64,000 nucleotides of DNA, from positions 210,464,350-210,528,349 of the forward strand of contig NC_058134.1 of assembly GCF_016433145.1 (NCBI RefSeq), read 5' to 3'. The position numbers and the translations under genes are program-made. The notes below the pieces were generated by a model that did not search any database, had not been told where the DNA came from, and saw nothing but the letters and a program-made list of their open reading frames with translations. Each line of letters begins with the position of its first letter. The stretch's first letter is position 1. Below, in pieces: positions 37,919 to 50,644 of this stretch. This DNA is from Gracilinanus agilis. Lineage: Eukaryota.

Positions 37919-39329
37919 CTGAATATATGCAAACATGAAGGAAAAAAACACACAAAACAAAACAAGAATTGAGTAATAAGGTATTCCAGAGGAAAATTTA
38001 AGAACCAAGTCAATAATTGAGAATAAAGAGTCCAATATAACGTTCAAGATATAATATGGAAATATTGGAAAGAGTAGTGATACATTCCAAATTTCACAGA
38101 CCATCTCAAAACTTAAGTAGTACAACTAAAACAGTTATAAATTTTCAACTAAAATATAATAATGAAAGCTTTGTTCATTTTAATCACCATTAGTAAAGTA
38201 TGAAGTGTCCATTTTTAACTATTACTGTTGAGAAAAAGGGTAACAAACCTCTTGAAAAAATATTCCAAGGCATACTTCTGTTGTCATTACTCCTTTAGCA
38301 ATGAAGATTGGGCAGTTTAACCTCTTGATTAAGGTCAGAAAGCAAGTATGGGTCAATATTCAGACATTATGGGATATTTTTCCCTTTTACTTATCACAGA
38401 AGTCTTTGGGTAGTATTAGAAAAGAAGCTTAAGGTTACCCTGCCACCCAACAGGCCTACCCCACCAAAGCCAATCTAGGATCAGCTTAGGTAATAAACAT
38501 GCTAGGAGACATTTACTTAAAACCAACTGTAAAGTGAAAAAAGGCTTATGTGCATATTTTTTAGGCTGAAGCTTTGAAACACGCTTTAGTTTTAGTTCAA
38601 ACTCATTCAGATGAAGATATCAAAAGTAAAAAAGTAGGACACATCAGCTATCAGTATCTACTTTAAACACTTCCAGACCTTCCCATTGGACAAAATGACT
38701 ACTGGTAACTAACTAGTCTGTTAACTCAGATAAGTGCCATCTGGATAAATTTCTAATTTGTCCATATAAGTATTCTTATCTGCTAAGTTATTTTAAGGTA
38801 TTGAAGCTTTTAAAAAAACAATTAGGTAGTTTAATGATTGAACTACATTTATAACTTGACATGCTAAAATATTTAGCAAAATGCTGATTTGTATTTTATA
38901 ACATAGTAGGGAAGCTGTGATTGACTAATTGCTTTTTTTAACTAGCCTGTATAGGACTAACTAGAGAAGATGCAACAAAGTTGGGGCAGAATTCAAGTTA
39001 AATGTTTCTAAATACCTGCCATGACAGCACTGTGCTAATAGGTGCCTGAGAGCAACACAAAAATGATTAAGACAATGCTCAAGTAGTTTGCAATCCATTA
39101 GATGGCAAGTTGAGAGTGTAAATAAAAAATAACTAAGACAAATCAGATTGCATTAACTGCACTGGAGTGTTACAGATAAAGTCTTCTATGAAAAAGCCAC
39201 AAACATAATTGTTGCATAACATAATTTTTAGCAAAAGTAATGCTCTTTGGAAAATTTGAAAAATCACTCATTATAAAGTTTCAGGTAAGCTTATTGAACA
39301 TGACTCCTTCTTTATCATCTCCAAAATAG

Positions 39330-40650
39330 TTAATTTTATATGCTGTGTTATCTATTACAACAAAGGAAGACTCATTTTAGGTACATGTGCATTCATAATG
39401 CAATCTGGCTTCTGACCTTATCATTCAAATGAAAATGAGCTCTCCAATTACCAGTTCTGTCTTAATAGCCAAATCCAATGGCCTTTCCTTAATTCTTATT
39501 CTTCTCAACTTATATGTAGCATTTGACACTGTGACTAAGTCTCACATTCTATATACTCTCTCCTCTCAAGTTTCCACAACACTACTCTCAGTTCTCTAGC
39601 GTATCTGGCCACTTTTTCTCAGCCTTCTTTCTAAGGACTTCATCATATTCTGTCTCCTAACCAACCCTTGTTCCAGAGGCCTCGTTTTTATTCTCTATAT
39701 CCAGGATCACAACTCTCACAGATTCAATGATTTTCTCCAAGATCTAAACACTGCTTCACTAACTGCCTAATGGGCATTCTGAAAAGGATGTACTAGTGCA
39801 GTGGTTCCCAAACTTTTTTGGCCTACTGCCCCCTTTCCAGAAAAAATATTACTTAGCCCCTTGGAAATTAATTTTTTTTTTAAATTTTAATAGCAATTAA
39901 TAGGAAAGATAAATGCACCTGTGGCCATCACTGCTCACTGCAGCACCCACCAGGGGGCGGTGGTGCCCACTTTGGGAATCACTGTACTAGGGCATCATCT
40001 CAAACTCATCATATCTAAAATATATATCCCTCTTTTTCCCTCCAAATTGATACTCTCTTTCTAACTTCTGTGTATTTCCTCTGAAAGCAACACTACCCTC
40101 CTAACTACCATGGTTCAAAACCTAGGAGTCATCCTTGAAGCCTCATACTCCCTTCTTCCTGATATCTTGTCAGTAGCTAAGTCTTTTCAATTCTACCTCT
40201 CTAAGCTCTTTCACATCTGTCCCCTTCCCTCCACCTTAAATGGCTACCACCTTTGCTCAATTCCTCATAACCATAACAGGTCTGACCGTGTCCTTTGATC
40301 AAATGCCTTTCTATTATCATCAAGAAACAAACTCTTCTATTTGGCATTTAAGCCTTTTGCAATGAGGGTTCAACCCACCTTTTGGGGCTTACCACCTTTC
40401 AAATACTTCCAGCCAAACTTAGCTCTTGCTCTTTTTCTATATTAACAATTCATCTCTTTTCTGATCTTTGCACAAGCTGTCCCCCTGTGTGCTTAGAATG
40501 CAGTCTTTCCGTGACTTTATCTCTGGAAATCTCTCATTTCCTTAAGTTCAGACCAAATATTCCCTCCTAACAAGTCATTTTCCAATCCCCTTAGTTGCTA
40601 GTGCCTCCCCTACAAAATTAACTTGTATTTGCCTTGTATATTTGCCTCCA
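39330..40650 (+). mobile_element. Old L2 fragment hosting a MITE and an LTR
   Basis: L2-type text (gcatttgacactgtgac; aacctaggagtcatccttga). Confidence 0.6.
39799..39984. mobile_element. hAT MITE, 186 bp
   Basis: TIRs CAGTGGTTCCCAAACT and CAGTGATTCCCAAAGT; 8-bp TSD tactagtg/tactaggg. Confidence 0.88.
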
Positions 40651-40972
40651 TGTGTGGTAGAGAGTTGTGATATGTGTAGAGGGAGGTTCATCCCTTCCCC
40701 CTCCTGGATTGCCTACCTGGTTCATCCCATTTTGTATGCCAGCGCTGTGTCCATTAATGTGAATAAAAAGGAGTAGGTGTGACCCTAGCGGGCTCTATTC
40801 TCTTGGAGGAGGCAGTGGAACACCATGACTAAGCCAGTCAGCCATGTGGAGGACCACATAGTCAGAGTTAGGTTAGATTAGGCTTAAATCTCTACATATC
40901 TGCTTTTTCTATTTGAAATGATTATTAATAAACTTTATAGAAAATGAGTACCTGGAGATATTAATTTTAACA
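40651..40972 (+). mobile_element. Probable short solo LTR
   Basis: TG...CA-bounded block with AATAAA motifs and an LTR-like tail (attattaataaactt...ttaattttaaca). No clean TSD found. Confidence 0.5.
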
Positions 40973-43837
40973 TAACAGCTGTATTTCAAGAGGTGTTTTA
41001 CTTTGTGGACTCACCTTCCCATTGCTTAAGCTCAAACCAAATACTTCCTTTTCCCTTTAGGCCTTGCTGATGCCTTCAATCAACAACCATTTATTAAGTA
41101 CCACTGCCTACATGCCAGGCACTCAGCAAATAAACAATCCCTACCCTCAAGGAGCTTATATTCTAATGAGTAAAGAACATTTCTGTACATATATATACAC
41201 ACAGAGAGAATAAATGGCAATTAGGGGAAAAGGAACTTGCATTAGCAAGGATTACGAATGAAAAATATAGAGATGAAAGAGATCTTAAGAGGCAATCTAA
41301 CCCAAACCTTCATTTTGTGACTGAAGAACTGGGGCCAAGAGATTTTGAGTGACTTGCCCAAGTTTCCCCAAATAATAAAGGCAGTACCAAAATCTGAACC
41401 CAGATTCTGACTCCCAATCTAGCACTCTCTCTGTTGTATTAAAGGCCTCAGCTAGAAGATGTAACTTCATATAAGAAGAGATTTTGTGAGGCAGAGGGGA
41501 GGAAGTACATTTCATGCAGAGGGGAACTGACACCTCAAAGGCTCAGAAACCGGAAATGAACTATTCTAAAACATGGGGAAAAGACCAATTTGGCTAGACT
41601 GTAAAGGGTTTTAAAAGCTAAAAAAATAAGTCTGTATTTTAATCTAGAGGCAACAGTGTTCAGATTGTCAGATCTGTTCTTAAGGAGAGTCACTTTGGCA
41701 ACTGTCTGGAGGGCTAACTCAGTGGGGAGATGATTCAAGCAGGGGGAACAATTAAGAGGCTGTTGCAATAATTTTGGCAAGAGGTATTAAGAGACTAAGG
41801 TAGTGATTTCAAAGTAGAGAAGGACCTATATGTGGGATAGAGGTAGAAATAACAAGATAGGGAGAATAAAGTTTGTTCAAGGACAACGCCAACATTACGA
41901 CCCAGGAGTCTGAAAGAATGGTGGTGTCCTTAACAAAAATAAAGAAATCTGAAAGAAGGGTAGGTTGGAGGAAATGATAAGTTCTGTTTTGGACATGTTG
42001 AATTTAATATGGATAGAAAACTGGGCAAGGAGCCAACAAAACTTGGATTTAAATCTAATTAGTGACAAAGCTGACTGTAGTTGGTCCTAAAAATTTAAAC
42101 TCATGACAACTCTCTAGGGCAAAAAGTTTCAGAGAGGATATTGAACTTCCTTGGGAAACCTGTTATTCCTTTTTTAATGGAATTTCCTCATTTGGGAGTT
42201 CCCTATAACAACAAAATTTTTTGTGTAGTTCCTTTTCTTATCCCTATCTAGGACTTTTAGTTTGAAATGTCTATGAGGCAACTGGTGATACTAGACTAGA
42301 GCTCTAATGAGTAATAAGCCATAACCCCTAATAGCTCATTTTGAGAATCTTCCGATTTTCCTTTAGAGATGCTTTTGGACTGTTTTAAGAAATTTTTAGC
42401 AAAAAAATTTTAATGAAAAAAAAGTTAATGTCAATCCCTCCCCTTTTCTGGAGTGTCCTCCCTCTTATTTTTCATGCATTCTTATACTGCTCAGTTGGAA
42501 TCCAACCTCCATGGGATTTGTGCATGTCTAAATCAATAAACATTATGCATCTGTTTTTATTAACTACATTAGTGAGATATATGCAATGGTACTTACCCTC
42601 ATTGAACCTGCAGCCCACTAGGGGAATGTGTTAATATTTCATTATCTATACTACATAAAAGCCCATGTGAACTAGGGAGGCATCTCAAAAGGAAAATCAG
42701 AAGATGTGATTGAAATAAACTAATGATCTAACTAAAAGAAGAAAATGAGACTGAATTTTCACATGAAATATTTTATGTAGTCTACAGCAAAGGATAATTT
42801 TAAAAGAAGGACTAAGGTGACAAAAGGTCAGCTTGTTAGAAACTGGTTATTAGGCAGAAGATACACAGCCATAAATACTGATACTCAGGAAATTCTGATG
42901 TTTCTTTTTTCACAACAAAGGTTAATGAAGCTAAAAAGTAAGAAGCTCTTATCCAGTGGACGTACAAGTGGAAAACTGAACCATAAATACTGACATTCTC
43001 TGTAAATAAAACCATAAAACATAAAGGAAGCTGTAGCTAAATGGAAAGAGTATTGATGATTTCTCCTTGAAAAAATAATTAAAGGAATAAGCAGTGTTGA
43101 TTTTATCATACATTAAGGGGAAAAAAGAAATATTATATGATATCTGATCATGATATCTGGCAGTGCTTCTAATGAACATTTGCAAAAAGACTACTATGAA
43201 AATAATTGCAGCTTACACACTAATAATTATTGCAGAAGATGAAGGGGAAGAGAAACTTGATAAGACCTTCCAAACAAAATCAACAAATACTTTAATATTC
43301 AGTGACTTCAATGAAGAAGGATGGCAAGAAATGTGGCAAAACAGTTAAGGAGTAAAAAGTTAAAGAAGTCAAAGGTTTATAAACTATACAGATGCCTCAT
43401 GCAAAAATCTCATTAATACTTTCTTCAAAATATTCTGAAAACATTGAACATGACAAGCACCAAATACCACCACAAAAAAATATTTAATTGGGAAACAGGG
43501 ATTACTGAAGTAAGAATAATTTCCGAATCAGTTATCTATGCCTAAGGTAGGTGGGTGGCATAGCTGGCTATAGCTTCTTGAGTGCTGGTCTTGGAGACAG
43601 AATGATCAGAGCTCCAATCCTGATTCATCCACTTACCAGCTCTGCAGCCAAGGTAAGGACATAATTTCCTCACCTATAAAATCAAAATAATTATTCTTCC
43701 CTCAAGGTTTTTGTGAGGACCAAAATGCATGTAAAGTGCTTTGCAAAAAGCATTATATTCATGTTTTTACCTTAAATAAATGATCAACATCAGTACCAAA
43801 CAAATGGGAAATGGACAAAAGAACAAACATTAACACT

Positions 43838-44085
43838 ATTGTTGTTCAGTTGTTTTCAGTTATGTCTGACTCTTCATGATCCCATTTGGGGTTTTCTTAA
43901 CAAAGATACTGGAATGACTTACCATTTCATTCTCCAGCCCATTTTACAGATGAGAAAACTGAGGCAAGTGAGGTTAAGGAGCTTGCCCGGTCACAGAGCT
44001 AATAAGTGTCTACAGCTGGATTTGAACTCATAGAGATGAGTCTTCCTGACTCTAGGCCCAGCACTCTATCCATTGTGACACCTAA
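43838..44085 (-). mobile_element. MAR1-type SINE
   Basis: ttgttgttcagttgttttcagttatgtctgactcttcatgatcccatttgggg... Confidence 0.8.
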
Positions 44086-44099
44086 CTCCTCCAAGTAGC

Positions 44100-44263
44100 T
44101 AGGTTTATATGGATGAAACTTAGGAAATGGTAATAACACAAACTATTACCATAATAAGCTAAAAAAATTTATGTGAATATTAAATGGTAATATTTCCATT
44201 ATTGCTGTGGTAACAGTTTATATTATAGCCATTTCCTAAATAAATTTAATCCACATAAATCTA
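44100..44263. repeat. 164-bp imperfect palindrome (degenerate MITE-like hairpin)
   Basis: taggtttatatggat..taggaaatgg..aaactattacca pairs with tggtaacagttt..ccatttccta..atccacataaatcta. Confidence 0.7.
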
Positions 44264-45674
44264 AAAACTGTTTTAGTCAGAAAATAAGAAATGTGAGGCA
44301 AGAGTTTTATAATATAGCTCCTTTGTAAGAATAAATATGCTTTAAAGAAGGGATACAAAAAGACACCCTTAATACCAGCCCTATGCAGAGCTAGGCATAT
44401 ATTTTCAGACTTTGCCAATATACTTATCAGTTTAAATTTTTTTCCTCTTCTTTTTCTGTCTTTAAAAAAAATTTTTTATATGGGATGGCTGGGAAGGTGA
44501 AAGGAAAATTTTGATAATATAAAATAACCCATTATAAATATATTTTAAAAAGTAAATTCATTTGTAAAATCTGATGGGAAAATGGGGTAAGATTATGAGA
44601 AGTATAATCTCATAAAACAGTAAGAAGGTGTAGAACAAAAGGCAATTTTAGGGAAAGTTTGGTGAGAAAAATAGTATAGCACAGGATCCAGCAAGCTGGC
44701 CTTGGCTAGACTAACTCTAGCCTCTGGACAAGAAACCTAACCTCTCAATGCCCCAGATAACTCTTAAGGACCAAGGTGCAGAGTAGGTGCTGGTCCATTT
44801 GGGCAGAGGAAGTTTGCTCACCAAGAGCATACTGCACCAATCAAATCATAGCTCTCATCCAAAAACCTAGGAGAATGCTTATCAACATATCCAATTAAGC
44901 AGTTATCCAAAAGGCGTTTACAAATCTAAATGGAAAGAGTACAATAAAAAAAAAGAAAGAGTACAACAGATAAAAAAAGGAAAAAACTTAAATATTAAAA
45001 TATTTTTACCAAAAACCTTTCTACAAAGATAGTTTGGTTTCTAACATCCAAATCCCCGATGTGATACATCAGATAATAAGATGCAGAAATAGCACTAAAT
45101 AAAATGAAGATGAAAAGAACAGTTGTTCAAAACCAAGTAGACCCAAAGGAAGGCCATGTTGGAAACAATAATTTTGAGCAACTAACTGAACTCCAAGTAG
45201 AGAAGGTATAAAAAGATTTGGGCAAAACCTTAGGTCTCACTATTATCAAAAAGAAAAATATTAACAAATGACTCATGCTTATTTTCCCATATCTACAATG
45301 TTTTTATGAGAATGACTGATCTCTACATGAATCAAAGGTGTCCCTGACATCATGAAATAGGAAAGGTATTCAACAAATGATACTCTAAATCATGTCACAT
45401 CTTAAAAGAGTCTTAAGATTGACTGAAAGGTATAGAGAACATAAGGTCCATAGAGAATAAAAGGAAAAGAATGATACACATTATTTGTTGACTACATAAT
45501 AATCAAATAAGTATTTGATTCATTAGAGCAAAATGATACCTTTAAAGGTGAAGGTATCTCCTATGCAAATGTTAAAATCATTAGATTTCTTGAAAAATAT
45601 ACAAGACCCCAGTTTGGCCCTCCAATAACAGATGAAGGAAAGCCTAAAAACTCCCAAAGATATTTGCATCATAG

Positions 45675-46458
45675 GGAAGGTCACATACAAAATCAAAATC
45701 CTTCCACAAGATTCCCTTAATTGGGGAGGTCCTCCATTTACTATTGTTTGTGGGTGGCTGATCCTATTAAGTCCCAGAACATTACAAAGTGTGTAAATGG
45801 AATTAGCTCAAGCCCATTTATAGTTAAAACTCTTGCCATCAGATATAATATCATCCCCACCTCCCTTAGTGGGGAGGGGAGATGAGTTACCCACACGTGA
45901 TAATAAGTAACAAATCAAGAACAAGGGACTGCCCTTTGGGCAGTCCAAAACAGTGTTGAGGCTGCTATTTGTCCACCTGAATTAGAGGTGGACCCATGGG
46001 AAGTGACGAAAGATGCTATCTCTTCAAGTATGTTGGTTACTTCCTGAGGAGGCAGTTTGCACTTTGAACTTGGTGCTGAAGGATCTCAGCCGAGACCTCA
46101 GGCAGCTTCCCCTCTGAATTGTCACGTGGGTAAGTTAGGCTGACTTCCTTGGGCCTACTTTGGCGTTTTCCAGACTCTCTACCTCAAGTAGGTTTCTTGC
46201 CTCTCTAATTGCTAAGGCCTTGGTAGCTAGTAGCCTAATTTAATTAATCTTTTAATTCTCACTCGGTCCAGACCTCACTGGTCCGGCCCAGAGTTTTTCT
46301 CTCTTCTTACCTTCAACCTTCCTAATTGTAAATAAACTACCATAAAACCGATCCTGACTTGGGTCTGTTTTAATTATGGAATCAATCTAGATCTGATTGA
46401 TTCCTGGCAACCACACCTTAATATATATCTATAAAATACCTAATTTCTACCTATTACA
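45675..46458 (+). mobile_element. Probable solo LTR inserted in the RTE
   Basis: Abruptly interrupts RTE RT sequence; U5-like tail with gtaaataaac and ending ctattaca. The left boundary is uncertain. Confidence 0.6.
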
Positions 46459-48245
46459 AAAGGCTTCTAAAAGATCCATAATCTCTCAAAAGTTTGGTTA
46501 ACTATTCAGACAAGAAAAACCAATGGCTGAGGAATGTCTATTTTATAGACTATGCTATACAGGAAGACGACATCAGTACCTATATACTGGGGCCAGGATC
46601 AGATAAGGAGAAAATTAGACTGGCCTGATTTTGTAAAATTGTCCACTGCTTTTAATGAATGAACTTTAAAGCTTCTCCCCGAAACAAAATCCTATCATTG
46701 TGACACCCATTGTTCCTAGTGATGATGTAAGGTAGGTGGAAGTAGCCCAAAATATATTACTATTCAGAAGTCTCATAAAAGGAATAGTGGGAAAGAAAAA
46801 AAGTAGTATTGTAAAGGATATCAGAAGAAAGAAGTATAATTGGTAAAGAAGCTAGACCAATCCAAACAATTTCCATTGGTAACCAGGGGTGAAGCAATGG
46901 GGAGCGTCAGCAGGCCTCAAAATCAGGAAGAACTGGATTCAAGTATGCCTCTGAAATATTGCAACTGTGTGGATGCAGCAGAACAACAGGCCCAATTCCT
47001 ATCCCTATGCCTAATTTGCTCAGCTAGCATTAAATAAGAAAAGGTACAAATTCAGAGTTACAGGAAATGTAAGAATAAGTACAGTTAGGACTGCATGTGG
47101 TATTAAGGAAAACCATTGATGGTGATTATTAGAAATTGAATAGAGCTAAAAATGGCCTTCCTTCTTCCCTAGCCCTAATTATTTATACAACCCAGTAGGC
47201 CTTTACATGCTATCATATTTTGCTACTTATATTTTGGTGTTTATATTCTATAACCCCAAATAGACTATAAAGTTCCAAGAGGAAAGAGCCTATATATACT
47301 TTATCATTAAGCTTTAACACAATGAGTGCTATATTCTCAGATGTTCAATAAACTTGTGTTGATGATGACACAGCCTTCCTAGGGACTCAAATACTTAGTT
47401 TAAAAAGAGCAACAAATCCCAAAGAACAAGCATATGATGCTAATATTTAAGGTATAAATAATAGGCTAATATGGGAGATATTTTAGTGCTGGAGATCACC
47501 CTGGAAAATTTCAAATTCATCCTTCTCTACCCAGATTGTTATTCCTCCAAAAACCAAGGAAAAGCAAACAAAGCTAGGAGGCTAATAATAATAATAACAA
47601 TAGTATTTAATGTTTCTATAGAACTTCTTATATGCCACAAACTCTGCTTAGCACTTTATAATTACTGTAAGAATTTACAATTTTATCCTCATAAAAACCC
47701 TGAGATAATAAATTATCCCCATTTAAACTAGGGAAACTGAGGGAAACAGATTAAGTGACTTGCCCAGGGTCACCAAGATGCTAAGTATCTGAAATTAAAT
47801 TTGAACTTAGGTTTTTCTATTAAGGTCAATCATTAAATCTCATCAAATTAAGATTTTGAGGGGTAGGAGAGCTAGAAAAAGGGGAGTGGAGAAGCTAAGC
47901 TCACTGATAAGGAATGAACACTGAATTCTAGTGAGCTCTGTCACTAATTAGATATCTTCCTCCTACTCTGGTTATGTGTCTTTTATGTACCTAATTATTT
48001 ATATTGCTTTCTCATTAATAAGTCTCCTGAGGTTAAGGATTATTTTTAACCTTTCTTTGTAAACTCACCGTTAATTTAACACAGTGACTAGTCCCCAATA
48101 AATGTTTAACAAACAACTTACAGATAGCTCCTTTAAATTCTCTGCATTTCAGATTCTTTATCTATAAAAAAGATGGAGTTAGGCTTATCTCTAAGGTCCC
48201 TTCTGGCTCTAAGGCTTTAAGAAAACAAGATTTAAAGTGGAACTA

Positions 48246-48464
<219 letters not shown>

Positions 48465-49249
48465 CTATTACTATACTGCTATTACAAAAAGAACAACACA
48501 AAATCTTGTCCCATAACAAGCAGAAAGTCCATTTTTACCTTATAAACCTTTCAGTTAGTAAATAAACATTTAAGTGCTTATCGTGTGCCAAATATAGTGG
48601 TAAGTGATGGAGATTTTTTTTTTAATTTAAAAACAACAACAAAAGACAGTCCTTGTTCTCCACAAGACAAAGGAAGACAATATATATACAAATAACTATT
48701 TACAAATAAGATACAATCAGAATAAACTGGAAATAATCAATAGAGAGAAAGCATTAGAATGAAGGGGGGAAGTCTTCTTGAAGAATATGAGATTTCAACT
48801 GAAATTTTAAGGAAGCCAAGGAGGGCAAGAAGCAGATATGAAGAACATTCCAGAACAAATCAAGAATGGCCATGGGAAAAAATATTTGACATTCCAACTG
48901 TATGGACCCAGTGGATGACTGATCCTGAGGAAAAATCTGACTTACATCAAGCTGTAGAGTACTCAGTATTAGTTAAAGAGAAATTTTAAGTCAGATGATG
49001 GCTATACTGGAGAAAGATATAGATTCTAAGACGTAATCTCTGTAAAAGTTACTACAGTACCTTTTATGCTCTTTTGCTTGATCAAAGCCACTTTAAAGCA
49101 GAACAAAGAAGCATAGCTATTATTCAACTTTAAAGCTGAGTTCTGTTTTAATAGCAACTTATTAAATTTTTAAAAAACCAATTATGTCATCAGTTCGCTG
49201 TGACATGTTATTTCCTTTTTTGCTTTTAAAAACTAAAGTACATGTTATT

Positions 49250-49560
49250 TTTTATATTTAATTTTCTTTCCCCCTAATTACATATAAAAAGTTATCGACA
49301 TTTTTCAAAGAATACTGAGTCTCAAATTCTCTCCCTCCCTAACTCCATCCTAAGATACCATCCCCCTTGAGATGGTAAGCAATTTCATATAGATTTTACA
49401 TGTGCAATCATGTGAAACATGTTTCCATATTAATTCTTTTGTGAACAGAAACTCGAATAGAAAAAATTAATAAAGTGCAAAAAGTTTGCTTTGGTCTGGA
49501 TTCAGACTCAATTCTTTTTTCTTCTGGAAATAGATGGCTTTATTTTATCATGAGACTTTT
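49250..49560 (-). mobile_element. Older 5'-truncated L1 3' end
   Basis: ttctctccctccct...gatggtaagcaattt...catgtttccatatt, an antisense L1 3' UTR. Confidence 0.7.
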
Positions 49561-49561
49561 C

Positions 49562-50124
49562 GTCTGCATACAGAAATGGCAGTCATTTGCTACTTATTAC
49601 CCAGTAAGTCCAGATCTATTTTCCAAGTTTCTCATATCTGATTACTCAGAAATTTAGGAAATTCATCTATTCTACTGTACTATGATTATAACTTAAAGAT
49701 CAGTCCTAGCTGTCTACATTTTAAATAACCATTATTTTTAACTGCATTAAGTCAAGCTTAATTACAGACCTATAATTTTTTTTTGCCAATTTACTCTCAC
49801 ACTAAACACAGAATTAAATATCTATTACTTTTCACAAACGTATATTGGTAAAAAACTAAATGAATAACTTGAGTTACCTAGTAAAAATGTATGCAAGTGA
49901 TTTTTTTTAAGTTAACATTTAGGATTCTGAATTCTCTTTCATATTCATCTCACACAGATTCTTAAGCTTATTATTCGACTTGGAGAAAATTCAAATCTAT
50001 AATTAAGCTAAATTAAAACTAACTGTAGGTCCTCAAGTAATAAATTAGTATGTAAGGGAAGGATACACTTACCCCTCTCCCCCCCCCAATACATGCAGAT
50101 TAGAAACTTTTTACAATCACCTAC

Positions 50125-50186
<62 letters not shown>

Positions 50187-50229
50187 CCACCATATCTGTT
50201 AAGAATGACTGCCATTTCTGTATGCAGAC
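49562..50229. repeat. Perfect 26-bp inverted repeat (49562-49587 and 50204-50229)
   Basis: gtctgcatacagaaatggcagtcatt is the exact reverse complement of aatgactgccatttctgtatgcagac. Confidence 0.95.
50125..50184. repeat. Compound microsatellite (AAT)n(AAG)n
   Basis: Directly visible in the sequence. Confidence 0.95.
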
Positions 50230-50544
50230 CATAAGGTTTTAATGTTACTATGTGAAAATATTATTGCTTTCTGGTCCTCCCAAACTTCTCAATTTAATAC
50301 TCAATCTTGATGATTTGAATTCCACAAGCCACTTATCACATTGTTGCAAAGGAGCACTAGTTTTGGACCACTACATAAATGTAGAAGCTATATAAGTATC
50401 AATATCATCTTAAATACCTATTGATAGAAATAAGATGAAATAATAAGAAACTTATATTTTCCAGTTAGTCATTATCAGAACCTTTTTTCCTACTTCTAAA
50501 TTGGATGTAAGACAGAGAAATGAAAAATTATTAGTATTCCTTAC

Positions 50545-50644
50545 CATTGGCCATAAGGAATTTAGGAATCAGGTCCACATTCCAATCTCTTCCCCTTCCC
50601 ATTGAGGCTGGTGGTGATCCTGGTATATTAAACCTCTTGTATAA
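50545..50644 (-). CDS. GDI2: GDI2 exon 3 (100 nt)
   Basis: Encodes [33 protein letters not shown]; canonical sites. Confidence 0.96.

Larger units (their letters stand above)
42690..46900 (+). mobile_element. Old RTE LINE, fragmented by later insertions
   Basis: Endonuclease remnants (KKTTMKIIAAY...TLIFSDFN) at about 43160-43330 and RT remnants (LTERYREHK..LFVDY; DICI) at 45280-45680, continuing after the LTR at about 46460. Confidence 0.7.

Noticed and set aside
42591-42652. Cryptic 54-nt poison exon in GDI2 intron 4 (GG|GTAAGT donor at 42591-42596)
   Set aside because: The upstream polypyrimidine tract is weak and such donors occur by chance in long introns. There is no supporting structure.
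49562-50229. 26-bp inverted repeat as the TIRs of a DNA transposon
   Set aside because: There is no TA, TTAA, 8-bp or 9-bp TSD, the ends are not CAG/CCC-type, and the interior is not transposon-like.
50008-50232. 74-aa ORF with poly-L and poly-I as a signal-peptide microprotein
   Set aside because: The homopolymer runs are simply translated (CTT)n(ATT)n microsatellite.
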